Part shown: positions 9,629-18,292 of the stretch, piece by piece
Position numbering within the stretch: position 1 is the stretch's first letter
Layout: each line of letters begins with the position of its first letter
IMG/VR virus record: IMGVR_UViG_3300010354_000001
Location: 49,975-113,974 of that record
DNA from: a virus
Strand: one strand, 5' to 3'
DNA length: 64,000 nt
Translations under genes and position numbers: made by a program
The notes under the pieces: model-generated
Told to the model about the DNA's origin: nothing
The model's database searches: none
The model's input: the letters and a program-made list of their open reading frames with translations, nothing else

Positions 9629-10029
9629 GTGTCGTTCTCTAATGTCTCTGCTAGTATCTGTTTAAGTTCCTCTATCTCTTGTTTGAGCTTTTCGTTTTCC
9701 TTAGCTACTATACTTTCCTTGTAGCTCTTTAGCTTAAAGTCAAATAGATACCTTAATGTCTGCCAAGGGGATATCTCCCACGCTTTTTTAATGTTCTCGA
9801 TTTGTCTTCGGATACGAGTATTTGTTATCTTCTGGCAAGTCACAAGCCACTCAATACCGTCCGAGCCTTCGTGTGTTAACTCGTAAACCTCGCAGTCAAA
9901 GGCTTTGCAAATGCGAATTAATTCTTCACACTCCTCGTTGCCTAAAGTCTTTAATTTTTGTCCTGTTTCTTTTGCGTTTACGCAATTACTTTTATAGTTT
10001 TGTATATCTTCAAATGTTATTTTTTCCAT
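9625..10029 (-). CDS. Hypothetical protein
   Basis: 134-aa ORF coupled to neighbours. Confidence 0.7.
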   Translation of the reverse strand: MEKITFEDIQNYKSNCVNAKETGQKLKTLGNEECEELIRICKAFDCEVYELTHEGSDGIEWLVTCQKITNTRIRRQIENIKKAWEISPWQTLRYLFDFKLKSYKESIVAKENEKLKQEIEELKQILAETLENDT

Positions 10030-10628
10030 ATACTGCCTCCTAAAAACTCAAATAATTTACTCAAGAGACTTTTTTGCTCTTTCTGCTCTGAGGCAGCATT
10101 AACACCGCTAACGTACATACCCACTACATCTTTTATAGTGACTGGAGTCCACCGATACCTGTATGCCCTAATGTTTTCATAAAACTGTTCGTCTGAGATT
10201 TCTTTTGCTCCTTCATAGATTAAGGGACTCTCTACGCCAAAGTGTATAAATAATTCATTACCTCTTTCGACAAGTATGTATCTTACTAAGTAAATCTGGT
10301 TCTTAGTGTACTCAGATAGCTTCAGTAGCGATGTGTGAAAATGTATTTCTTGTCCTGTGGTTAGTGTAACTTCGCTATCTAGAGAGTATGTTGTATACTT
10401 GTTTAACTCCTCTTTATATAAGTAGTCTTTAATTGCTTCAGCTACATAATCAACAGCTCCAAAAACAGCTATAGTATTAACTCCTCTAGGAAATATTAAT
10501 TCTCCCGATAAAGTAATTTTAGTAGGGAACTTATCCTGATTAATATTGCGAACTACTGGGGGAGTTAGTTTGTTTAAGTTTATACTTTTTAATTTTTTAG
10601 TTTTCATGGGGTTCCTCTCTGCTTGCAA
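10017..10628 (-). CDS. Hypothetical protein (likely start 10607)
   Basis: ORF in tightly packed operon. Confidence 0.7.
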   Translation of the reverse strand: MQAERNPMKTKKLKSINLNKLTPPVVRNINQDKFPTKITLSGELIFPRGVNTIAVFGAVDYVAEAIKDYLYKEELNKYTTYSLDSEVTLTTGQEIHFHTSLLKLSEYTKNQIYLVRYILVERGNELFIHFGVESPLIYEGAKEISDEQFYENIRAYRYRWTPVTIKDVVGMYVSGVNAASEQKEQKSLLSKLFEFLGGSIWKK

Positions 10629-10851
10629 GCAACTTGTCTGTAGCTACAGTATTTCTAGAAACCAGATCCCTCAAAGAGAGTATTTCTTTTTTGTTGTTAC
10701 TTAACTCATAATATAAAGTGGATCCGAATCTAGGCACTAGAAAGTTATCTTCCTCTGTTATGTAGATAGGGTTGCCCTCCATTACGAAAGACAGTTCATA
10801 CTCCTTGACCTCTGCTTTATTTAAGAATATTGTTTGTTTAATTTTGTGCAT
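10597..10851 (-). CDS. Hypothetical protein
   Basis: 84-aa ORF with AAGGA RBS. Confidence 0.65.
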   Translation of the reverse strand: MHKIKQTIFLNKAEVKEYELSFVMEGNPIYITEEDNFLVPRFGSTLYYELSNNKKEILSLRDLVSRNTVATDKLLASREEPHEN

Positions 10852-10906
10852 TTGTTTCCTTTTAGTTAAATGTTAGCACACTTTGGATTTTTTTGCTAAA
10901 AAATAC

Positions 10907-10963
10907 AGCAGGCATCAACGTGTTAGATTAAAAGTCTAGTGTTGTTTTTGCTGTGAGCCTGCT
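10907..10963 (-). ncRNA. Y-like RNA 3 displaying a tRNA-Lys(UUU) anticodon stem-loop mimic
   Basis: AGCAGGC-TC-ACAGCA...AT-GCCTGCT closing stem; internal TAGA-CTTTTAA-TCTA hairpin. Confidence 0.7.
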
Positions 10964-10994
10964 TAGTTAATGACGTTAGCTAGACTAACAATAT

Positions 10995-11072
10995 AGCTAC
11001 TGGTAGGATTTGAACCTACGACCTCCTCGCCCATAAAATATGCAAGGTGCTCTACCTCTGAGCTACAGTAAC
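10995..11072 (-). tRNA. tRNA-like gene with aberrant 13-nt anticodon loop (isotype undetermined)
   Basis: GTTACTG/CAGTAGC acceptor, GCTC-AGAGGTA-GAGC D arm, GTAGG-TTCAAAT-CCTAC T arm; CCTTG-CATATTTTATGGG-CGAGG anticodon arm; no CCA. Confidence 0.75.
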
Positions 11073-11080
11073 GTGATTAC

Positions 11081-11198
11081 ACCAGTCATTTTGTCTACAG
11101 ACGCCTTACCTCTTGGCTACCCTTGTTTTACGAAGGAGTTGGATTTGAACCAACGATACTCTGTCCCTAATAGATGTTTTTTGTGCTGTTAGACTGGT
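11081..11198 (-). ncRNA. Y-like RNA 2 with circularly permuted tRNA module (YrlA-like topology)
   Basis: ACCAGTC-TA-ACAGCA...AT-GACTGGT stem; order T arm (GTTGG-TTCAAAT-CCAAC), closed acceptor hairpin, D arm (TA-GCC-AAGAGGTAA-GGC); ACAGA/TCTGT stem. Confidence 0.8.
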
Positions 11199-11208
11199 TG
11201 AGTGAGAC

Positions 11209-11336
11209 TGAAGACATTTTGTTGTTTTTTGATTTGCCTTACCGATCGGCCACCACTCCTTGCGGAATGGGTTGGATTTGAACCAACATACACATCTTGT
11301 TTTTGTTTTTGTTTGTTGTGTTGCTGTCTGTCTTCA
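11209..11336 (-). ncRNA. Y-like RNA 1 with circularly permuted tRNA module (YrlA-like topology)
   Basis: TGAAGAC-AG-ACAGCA...AT-GTCTTCA stem; T arm, CCATTCC-GCAA-GGAGTGG acceptor hairpin, D arm TG-GCC-GATCGGTAA-GGC. Confidence 0.8.
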
Positions 11337-11344
11337 AAGAGAAT

Positions 11345-11459
11345 CGGACTTGACTCTCAGCTTCGCTGAGGGAGATTATCGGCTTCACAGAGTCTGCTTT
11401 TACTCTCGTATGAGTAAGTAGTCTTATTAACTCTCCACCTACGCCCATCCTAGGCGTAT
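11345..11459 (-). ncRNA. Orphan TnpB omegaRNA scaffold, copy C
   Basis: Near-identical to 37429-37544 and homologous to the tnpB 3' end; terminal hairpin replaced by CTCAGC-GAA-GCTGAG but AAGTCCG end kept. Confidence 0.75.
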
Positions 11460-12910
11460 GTTTTAATTATAGCATACTTTTCATCATTTACTATATTTTC
11501 CACTAAAGATTCTGGATTTGCATCAGCTTCTAATACATATTTCATCACTGAAGGTGAGTACCCAGAAATTAACTGAACATTTTTATCTTTACTTAAAGCT
11601 GGCATGTTTCCTGTACGCCCACTGACGTTCCAAAATACTACTTTAGGCATAGCATAGCCTGAAGCTCTAAATAAATCTTGTATATGCTCAAAGTTGGTTT
11701 TGCTTTTATTGGCTACATCAAACTCCATATCAGAGATTATTAATATGCTTTTAGGCATTTCTGATTCTGGAGAATTATGCTGTTTAGCTCTTCCTAGTAA
11801 TAACTCAAATACTTTAGTTAAATCAGTGTTATAGCTCCAATTAGCCTTTCTTAAAGCATCTACTTTTTCAAGTAAAGTGCCTTCAGGAATAGTAAAGAAA
11901 GCTGGATTCTCACTGAAAGTGCAAACTAAGTTTTTAAAGTCTCCTACTAATCTTTCTGCTAAATAGATACCTAGTCCGACAGATACATCCATAGGTTCTC
12001 CTGCCATAGACCCAGATACATCACACACTACCAGAGTAGATGATGCTTTTCCTTGTAGATAGTCTGGTAAAGCTTTCCATTGGGCATCTGCGGTTGCAGG
12101 ATCTTTATCAGTAGCTTTGACTAGATCAGAAGGAAATAATACTGAGCTATTTATCTTCTTTTCTCCTTTAACTACTGCTTCTAAATACCCGTTAAACCTC
12201 TCCTCTGAGTGTTTTCTGAACGCTTTAGAGTAGTTGCTCATGGCCTTGGAAGGAACATGCTCGTATTTTATCTCATCCCACTTCTTAGCTGACATTTGAG
12301 TCTCTACTACTTTAGTATTAGCTGCTAGTTTCTGTCTGTAAGCTTTCGGCCCGCCTGCCTGCTCTGTTAGTTTCTTTCTTAGCTTAGGATATTTTTTAGA
12401 CTTCTCCCTAGGTAGCCACTTGAAAAGTAAACTGTCAGTTGCTTCGCCAAAAGCTTCTTGTATATGTTTAAGAACTACAAGCTTAGTAAAATAGTGAGTA
12501 GTATCGCTCTCGTAGAGATCGAATAGATAATCCCATCTTGTGAAAGAGACTATGTTGTCTACGTTATTGATAATCGCACTATCGCTGACTACTCTTACTA
12601 TATCCTCTGAGTTTATCTGGCATTGGGTAGTTTCGTGTAAAGTAGCTAAGTAGTTAAGGGCCAGTTTAAAAAATCTTCTCTCTCCTAGTCCTCCCCGAAT
12701 AGCTCCTGCCCAAAAAATTAACTTAATAGTCTTTTCTCTGTCGAATTTGTAAGCTTTATCTATTAATGCAGTTATATCTACATCGCTCATCTTCCTAGAG
12801 GCTCCTGCTAGGAACACAAAATCCACTAAGGGGTTGAAAGATGATTTATTTGTTACAGCACCATTGTCTGTGTGGCCTGTGTTAGTTAAATTTTTGATTA
12901 GATTATTCAT
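11450..12910 (-). CDS. Ro60/TROVE-like helical-repeat + vWA protein (DUF2828-type)
   Basis: TDNGA, IRGGLGERRFF, KWLPRE, VVETQMS..KW.EI.YEHVPSKAM; vWA MIDAS CDVSGSM, IISDMEFD, VVFWNV. Confidence 0.85.
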   Translation of the reverse strand: MNNLIKNLTNTGHTDNGAVTNKSSFNPLVDFVFLAGASRKMSDVDITALIDKAYKFDREKTIKLIFWAGAIRGGLGERRFFKLALNYLATLHETTQCQINSEDIVRVVSDSAIINNVDNIVSFTRWDYLFDLYESDTTHYFTKLVVLKHIQEAFGEATDSLLFKWLPREKSKKYPKLRKKLTEQAGGPKAYRQKLAANTKVVETQMSAKKWDEIKYEHVPSKAMSNYSKAFRKHSEERFNGYLEAVVKGEKKINSSVLFPSDLVKATDKDPATADAQWKALPDYLQGKASSTLVVCDVSGSMAGEPMDVSVGLGIYLAERLVGDFKNLVCTFSENPAFFTIPEGTLLEKVDALRKANWSYNTDLTKVFELLLGRAKQHNSPESEMPKSILIISDMEFDVANKSKTNFEHIQDLFRASGYAMPKVVFWNVSGRTGNMPALSKDKNVQLISGYSPSVMKYVLEADANPESLVENIVNDEKYAIIKTYA

Positions 12911-12962
12911 AGGTTTGTTCCCTTTGCTTTTATTATAACAGACGTTCTAGTTTTTTGTGCTA

Positions 12963-13280
12963 TTAAATTTTACATACTTCCCGTCGACTCACTATGAGAA
13001 CTATAGCTCCTGCCCAGAAAGAGAAGAAAAGCATACAGTAATACACGAAATAATCTTCTTTTATTTTTCTTTCTGCATACATCAGGTCTACTAGATGGTT
13101 AATTCCATCCTGCCCCACCTCTAAGCACTCTGTAGCTTCTTTGTAGCATACTAATTTTTCTGTTGGGTGGACGGTTACGTAGTTTAGTGTATAGTAATCG
13201 TGTCCTCCCCCTGACCCATAATACCTTGCTTGTGCAGGGTTAGTTATTAATAATAACAACGCTAAGAGTAGAGTTCGCAT
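12963..13280 (-). CDS. Exported/membrane-anchored hypothetical protein
   Basis: Signal peptide (AQA site) and C-terminal TM helix. Confidence 0.7.
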   Translation of the reverse strand: MRTLLLALLLLITNPAQARYYGSGGGHDYYTLNYVTVHPTEKLVCYKEATECLEVGQDGINHLVDLMYAERKIKEDYFVYYCMLFFSFWAGAIVLIVSRREVCKI

Positions 13281-13726
13281 TAGCTATACTCCTGATATAT
13301 ACAAGTCTTTCTTACTTCAGGCTTAGTAAGCATAGCTACTTCGGCAAGTCTTCTTCTAGTTAACCCTTCTTCTTGTCCTGAACCCTTCTTAACATGCTGC
13401 CTCATAAGCCTAGCTGCTACATCTTTCTTACCTTGAGCTGCTAGTTTAACCACATCTGCGCAGCCTCCTCGGCCCATGTTATAGCAGTAACTAACTAAAG
13501 AGTCATGTTCATGCTGCTTAACATTTTTAAATATTAATTTAACGTGTTGAGAGTCAAGCTCCATGTGACTCTTCATTCGTTTTTTAGCTTCTACCTCATC
13601 TATACATTCCCATCTACTTCTAGCTTTAGTGCCAAAGCCGTTAGACCATTGAGATCCATCAGGGTATGCACAGCTTACGAAGCCTTCAAAACCTATTACG
13701 AAAGTCATTAATGTTTCAGTTATCAT
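13280..13726 (-). CDS. Lysozyme-like protein (GH24-related)
   Basis: FEGF...AYPD...WSNGFG, DSLVSY.YNMG, GLTRRR.AE. Confidence 0.8.
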   Translation of the reverse strand: MITETLMTFVIGFEGFVSCAYPDGSQWSNGFGTKARSRWECIDEVEAKKRMKSHMELDSQHVKLIFKNVKQHEHDSLVSYCYNMGRGGCADVVKLAAQGKKDVAARLMRQHVKKGSGQEEGLTRRRLAEVAMLTKPEVRKTCIYQEYS

Positions 13727-14223
13727 CTCATCGCCTCCTCGAATTTTTTTCTAAGCTTTTCTGGGTAGTTTTTGTGACACCATGCAAAGGCTTCGAATAT
13801 TGATTCAAGTTTACTGCTTCTATTTGGATCTAGGTCGAGAATCATCCAAGTCCTTAGATCGTTTATGAGCCAAGTTGAGCCACTTAGATCAGGTAAGCAC
13901 GCTTCAAGTGCAGCTTTGGGGATTATTGGGATAAGTGGGGTATACTCATCCCCCATCTTGTAATTTTTAAGGTCGGCTAAAGCTTCCTCCAAATCAATGG
14001 TGTAGGTATTTAACAAATCTACCTCATGGTGCGTCAGCATGTCAGTGAGTGTTGGGTTGACTAAATGTTCACCAAGTCTAAACCACTTTACAATTTTACC
14101 TTTGCTGGGATCACCGTTTGGAGGATAAAAATTATGCTGCCATTCAGTACAAATTTCAGTAAAATCATATCCAAGCTCAAGTATTTTTTTAGACTCTTCG
14201 TAAGTACAGTTAAGTTCAATCAT
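13723..14223 (-). CDS. Hypothetical protein, tandem paralogue A
   Basis: Shares three conserved blocks with 14220..14765. Confidence 0.8.
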   Translation of the reverse strand: MIELNCTYEESKKILELGYDFTEICTEWQHNFYPPNGDPSKGKIVKWFRLGEHLVNPTLTDMLTHHEVDLLNTYTIDLEEALADLKNYKMGDEYTPLIPIIPKAALEACLPDLSGSTWLINDLRTWMILDLDPNRSSKLESIFEAFAWCHKNYPEKLRKKFEEAMR

Positions 14224-14765
14224 TTCATCACCTCCTTGAATTTCTTTCTAAGCTCTTCTGGGTGGTGTTCATGACACCATATGAAGGCTTCGTAGGCTGA
14301 ATCAAACTCTTCTAGTAGTAGAGATGTTACTAAATCCCCATCCCTGCACAGTCGATATTCTAGAGGGTTACGAGGGATATACCACGTCAAATCCCCGTGA
14401 TAAGCATCTACGATATCAGGCAAGCACGCTTCAAGTGCAGCTTTGGGGATTATTGGGACGAACCCCTCCTCATTTGGATTGCAGAACATTTCTCCCTGTA
14501 CGAAATATTCGTTGTGTTTGTTATTATAGAGAGAATCTTCATAGTCTATAGATTGCCTCTCTAACGTGAACTTCTCAACATCAGTATTGAAATACTCCTC
14601 TGGGACTCGCATATATTCCTGTGCTTTTACTTTATAGTATTCAACTAAAATGTATTTATCTGAGCAGTCTCTTTTCTTGTATACGTCTCCAAACTTTTTT
14701 CCGAAGTCATATCCTAAGTCTAATATCTTTTTAGACTCTTCATAGCTACAGTTTAACTCTATCAT
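14220..14765 (-). CDS. Hypothetical protein, tandem paralogue B
   Basis: MIELNC.YEESKKIL.LGYDF / PIIPKAALEACLPD / EAF.WCH...PE.LRKKF. Confidence 0.8.
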   Translation of the reverse strand: MIELNCSYEESKKILDLGYDFGKKFGDVYKKRDCSDKYILVEYYKVKAQEYMRVPEEYFNTDVEKFTLERQSIDYEDSLYNNKHNEYFVQGEMFCNPNEEGFVPIIPKAALEACLPDIVDAYHGDLTWYIPRNPLEYRLCRDGDLVTSLLLEEFDSAYEAFIWCHEHHPEELRKKFKEVMK

Positions 14766-15100
14766 CTGCTTACTCCTACATATCTAATTCCAGTACGTGC
14801 TTGTTGAGGCTTGTACTCGAAAGGCTTATTTATGCTTGAATGAAAGTTCATACTGCTTGTTTGAGTAGCAGGGCCTTGCCTGTCAGTTCTTTGCATAGCT
14901 GTCAACTCATCCTCTAAATCGTTTACCATCTTATTGGCATCTCTAAGAGCTTCTTTTGCCCTATCTACTGAATATGATATTTGTCTTCTGTATGCCCTTG
15001 CAGCATCTAGTTCTTGTTGTTTTAAATATGTACTAGGTACATCTGCTGCTAGTGCAGTTTGTCCTGCTAGTATTAATGTTATTAGTATTAGTTTTTTCAC
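14762..15100 (-). CDS. Secreted coiled-coil hypothetical protein (start re-set to GTG 15100)
   Basis: AAGGAG RBS then MKKLILITLILAGQTALA signal peptide. Confidence 0.65.
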   Translation of the reverse strand: MKKLILITLILAGQTALAADVPSTYLKQQELDAARAYRRQISYSVDRAKEALRDANKMVNDLEDELTAMQRTDRQGPATQTSSMNFHSSINKPFEYKPQQARTGIRYVGVSR

Positions 15101-15164
15101 TGATTCTCCTTTTGTTTTTCTATTAAAAATTTGGGGGAAAATTCCCCCTTCCTTGCGGAACGCC

Positions 15165-15707
15165 TCACGCACTACAGTGTGCATTAAAAACTTTTTTCTC
15201 AAATTTGCAGACTGAGTCGTATATCCTCGTCAGGTCTTTTTTTAAATTTGCTAGATTTAGATTCTCTTCCGAAGCTTTACTTAAAATAAATTCCTTGTAA
15301 TTTTTTGTCACATAAATGTGTATGAGTAATTTAAGCATCTCTCTGCCAAAATCATGCTTGTATCTTCCAGTATGGTTAGAGTAGCCCTCGTTAGAAAAAT
15401 CAAAATACTCTAATTTTATTTTTTTGATTTGTTCTTTGATCTCATCTAAACTAATATCTGTCGGATTTGTAGAAGAATCACCACGAAGGAACTTAAATAA
15501 CTCTTTTTTGAAAACATTAATTTTTTTAAAATTTTCTTTTTCGATTTTAGTTATATTAAGTTTTGTGTGGCGGATTAAGTCTAGTAGCCTCTCGTAGTCC
15601 TGAAGCTCGCTAATCTTTATCTTCTTTAATAGGCGATTAGAGTCCATAAAAGTAAAAGTCTTATTGCTTAAGCCTAATATATCCCTAAACATCTTTCTTT
15701 CGTCCAT
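15165..15707 (-). CDS. Hypothetical protein
   Basis: 180-aa ORF with upstream extended -10. Confidence 0.7.
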   Translation of the reverse strand: MDERKMFRDILGLSNKTFTFMDSNRLLKKIKISELQDYERLLDLIRHTKLNITKIEKENFKKINVFKKELFKFLRGDSSTNPTDISLDEIKEQIKKIKLEYFDFSNEGYSNHTGRYKHDFGREMLKLLIHIYVTKNYKEFILSKASEENLNLANLKKDLTRIYDSVCKFEKKVFNAHCSA

Positions 15708-15865
15708 TTAACTTTTTCTCTCCACCCTTTCAATATACCACAAAAAATAAAACTCTAACATTAGAAAATGTTAATTTATGGACTTACACAAGTGGTTTTT
15801 CTTACAGTTGCTTTTTGTTCATGGTTTTGAACCATTTTTTTGTTACTCTCATTTAGACTTACCTT

Positions 15866-18034
15866 TTAAAATATTGATACCGATTGTAAAATTTGGCTCC
15901 AAACCTTCTCTACAAAATTACCTCCTTCTAAACCTTCAAACTGTTCTTGTGTGTAAGTCAGTAAGAAGCTTTTAGTTATTGGTAGATCGTTATACTTAGT
16001 TAATACTTCTTCTCTAGAAATCTTATCCCAGTTGCCTTTTTTATATATCTCTCTAAGCACTCTAATGTCTTTATAGATGGGAAGTTTAACTTTTAGAAAC
16101 TGACCTTCAGAATCTTCTAAGACGAAACCTTCGTCTAGCGAGTCTTTGGATCTCTCTATTAGCTTAGTCAATTCTGTAACAGTATTAGCTGTAAATACTT
16201 TAGTCTTAGGCTTAACTCCTATTGCTTTTGCTATAGATTTTACTTTCTCATAAGGCTCCCTGATAAACTCTAAGGTGTTATGCACTATATCCAGTAATAC
16301 TAGATGAGCTTTGTCGTACTTGACTATATGTGGATCTCGCACTGGGTCTATAACCTCAAACACAAAAGTAGTATTGGTGTCTTTAACATACTTAGTTAAG
16401 AACTCTACATCTAAGGTAGCGTGCAAAATGTCTTTTAAGTATTCTGAAAAATCAGAACTAGGGGAAGTTTTAGAAGTTATAAATAATTTATCTTTTTCAT
16501 GATCGTAACTAACTAAGCCTAAAAAACCATTCTCTTTAGTAAATACTTGTACTGGGTAAGTTAAGCTAGTTAGTTCTAATCCACGCTCTCCTAGATTAAA
16601 GAACTTCTCGTATCCTCTGGCTACTAATTTATTAGTTTTGTTGTTTATGAATAATCCTCTTGTTTTTATAGTTACTGAATCCCAAGATTTATCATAAAAG
16701 GCTTTTCTGGAAAAAGAATAAGAGTCTATATGATCGTATGTTTTCTTATTTATAAGTTTGCGATTTATATAGCTCTCTAAACTTTTTAGGAACTCTGGAA
16801 TATTCTCCTCTTTGCTCATAGGTGCTTTTGGGTTGTGGTATTTGATTATCTCTTGCCTATTTACATCATAAACTGAAAGATATCCTCCATGCTCTACAGA
16901 AGACTCTAAGCATACTGCACCATAATCAGTTATATAGCTATCATTACTCATGTTTCTGTGTCCGAATACTTGAGTAAAGCAAGTAAGTTCAGAACTGTGC
17001 CCATGGGGGTATAATTCCCTACCTAAACGCATATTTATACCTTTAGGGGTATAGTTATAGCCTTTTACCCCAGTCCACAAGTGTGCTGAAGGTTTTAATA
17101 CTATATCGTAGAAATTCTCTAGGTTCTGTTTCGTATCTACCCCAGCGTGAGTCACCAATATATTATTTCCCTCCTCTAACTGGACTACACAAGCATCGTA
17201 TAGTTTCTTTAGGAAATCTCTTATAGATTTTTTAGTTATCCCTGCTATTTTAGGTAGTGTTACGTTATTAAATGTACCTGATCTTGCTTTCTTGCCCATA
17301 CAGTAGTCTCTTAGATGTAGTTCGTGATTCCCCATTAATAGAGTTACGTTAGGCTTATCTGCTAATTCCATCATTCTGCGAAGCACGTAATTCTCATCAT
17401 CGCCACGATCTAAGTAGTCTCCTACAAAAACGTAATGAGTACTATCATCAAATTCACTTAAAAGTTTTTCTAGAGGTTTTCTACATCCCTGTATGTCGCC
17501 TACTATTAAAACCTTAATACTGTGCCTTTCGTACCTTATGCAAGGAATAAACCTGTTGGTCAAAAAATATGTATACAGAGTTTCTTTTAGAGTTTCCCCC
17601 TTAATGTGGTTATGATTATTTACAGCCTCATACCTTTCTTTCTGCCTATTTACCACTGATTCAGGAACGCTGTGTATTCCTCTAGTGGTATTATCTACCA
17701 GTGGAGTATTCCCAAAATCTAATACTAGAGTGTCATATAAATAGTTATCAGCTAATTCTTTAAACGGCTTCATGTCACTTTCTTTAGTGAATGTTGCATC
17801 TAATATAATTAGCTGCCCTTCATGCATTCTATATTCTACAGCTTCTTTAACTATAGCCCAGATAGATTTATCCATTCCCTGAGAGATAGTAGTTCTATCT
17901 AGTTCTACGTTATGTGTTACCCCTGCTACTGCATGTCTTATTTTATCAGGGCTTATTGTGTAGTCCTCATAGCCTTTAACGTAAGTGCTTTTACCTGTGC
18001 CTGAGACACCTCTTAAAAATATTAATAGTCTCAT
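15866..18034 (-). CDS. RNA end-healing/sealing fusion: polynucleotide kinase + metallophosphoesterase + Rnl1-type RNA ligase
   Basis: GVSGTGKST P-loop, LDATF; GDIQG/GDYLDRG/GNHE/THAG; RGLF, RGYEKFFN, KENG, FVFE, EGFVL, LKVK. Confidence 0.9.
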   Translation of the reverse strand: MRLLIFLRGVSGTGKSTYVKGYEDYTISPDKIRHAVAGVTHNVELDRTTISQGMDKSIWAIVKEAVEYRMHEGQLIILDATFTKESDMKPFKELADNYLYDTLVLDFGNTPLVDNTTRGIHSVPESVVNRQKERYEAVNNHNHIKGETLKETLYTYFLTNRFIPCIRYERHSIKVLIVGDIQGCRKPLEKLLSEFDDSTHYVFVGDYLDRGDDENYVLRRMMELADKPNVTLLMGNHELHLRDYCMGKKARSGTFNNVTLPKIAGITKKSIRDFLKKLYDACVVQLEEGNNILVTHAGVDTKQNLENFYDIVLKPSAHLWTGVKGYNYTPKGINMRLGRELYPHGHSSELTCFTQVFGHRNMSNDSYITDYGAVCLESSVEHGGYLSVYDVNRQEIIKYHNPKAPMSKEENIPEFLKSLESYINRKLINKKTYDHIDSYSFSRKAFYDKSWDSVTIKTRGLFINNKTNKLVARGYEKFFNLGERGLELTSLTYPVQVFTKENGFLGLVSYDHEKDKLFITSKTSPSSDFSEYLKDILHATLDVEFLTKYVKDTNTTFVFEVIDPVRDPHIVKYDKAHLVLLDIVHNTLEFIREPYEKVKSIAKAIGVKPKTKVFTANTVTELTKLIERSKDSLDEGFVLEDSEGQFLKVKLPIYKDIRVLREIYKKGNWDKISREEVLTKYNDLPITKSFLLTYTQEQFEGLEGGNFVEKVWSQILQSVSIF

Positions 18035-18045
18035 TTTGTTTCCTT

Positions 18046-18252
18046 TTACGAATTTACTTCACCTAAAGCTACTGAGTAATCATCAATAACCCAGAAGATT
18101 GTTTCTGGTTGCTGTCTCAATAACTCTAAAGATCTTATCACACTTTGTGGGTTTGTAGTTTTTATAATATGCTTAACGTGCACTGCATCCTTATCTGTAG
18201 GTTGTTCTACTGTGAAGTTTTCAAACTCTTTAAGCTCTTGTAAATCTATCAT
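18046..18252 (-). CDS. Small hypothetical protein
   Basis: 68-aa ORF with RBS. Confidence 0.6.
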   Translation of the reverse strand: MIDLQELKEFENFTVEQPTDKDAVHVKHIIKTTNPQSVIRSLELLRQQPETIFWVIDDYSVALGEVNS

Positions 18253-18292
18253 TGTTTTTGGTTTTCCTTTCCTACATAATAATCTACCACGG

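Noticed and set aside
10907-11336. Possible CRISPR array or ordinary tRNA cluster
   Set aside because: No identical repeats with spacers; two units have permuted arm order and no anticodon loop
11239-11448. 69-aa ORF resembling the TnpB C-terminus
   Set aside because: Explained by the omegaRNA copy read in the old tnpB frame running into Y-like RNA 1; no RBS, low-complexity product
13723-14765. Diversity-generating retroelement behind the paralogue pair
   Set aside because: No reverse transcriptase in the window and differences are not adenine-specific
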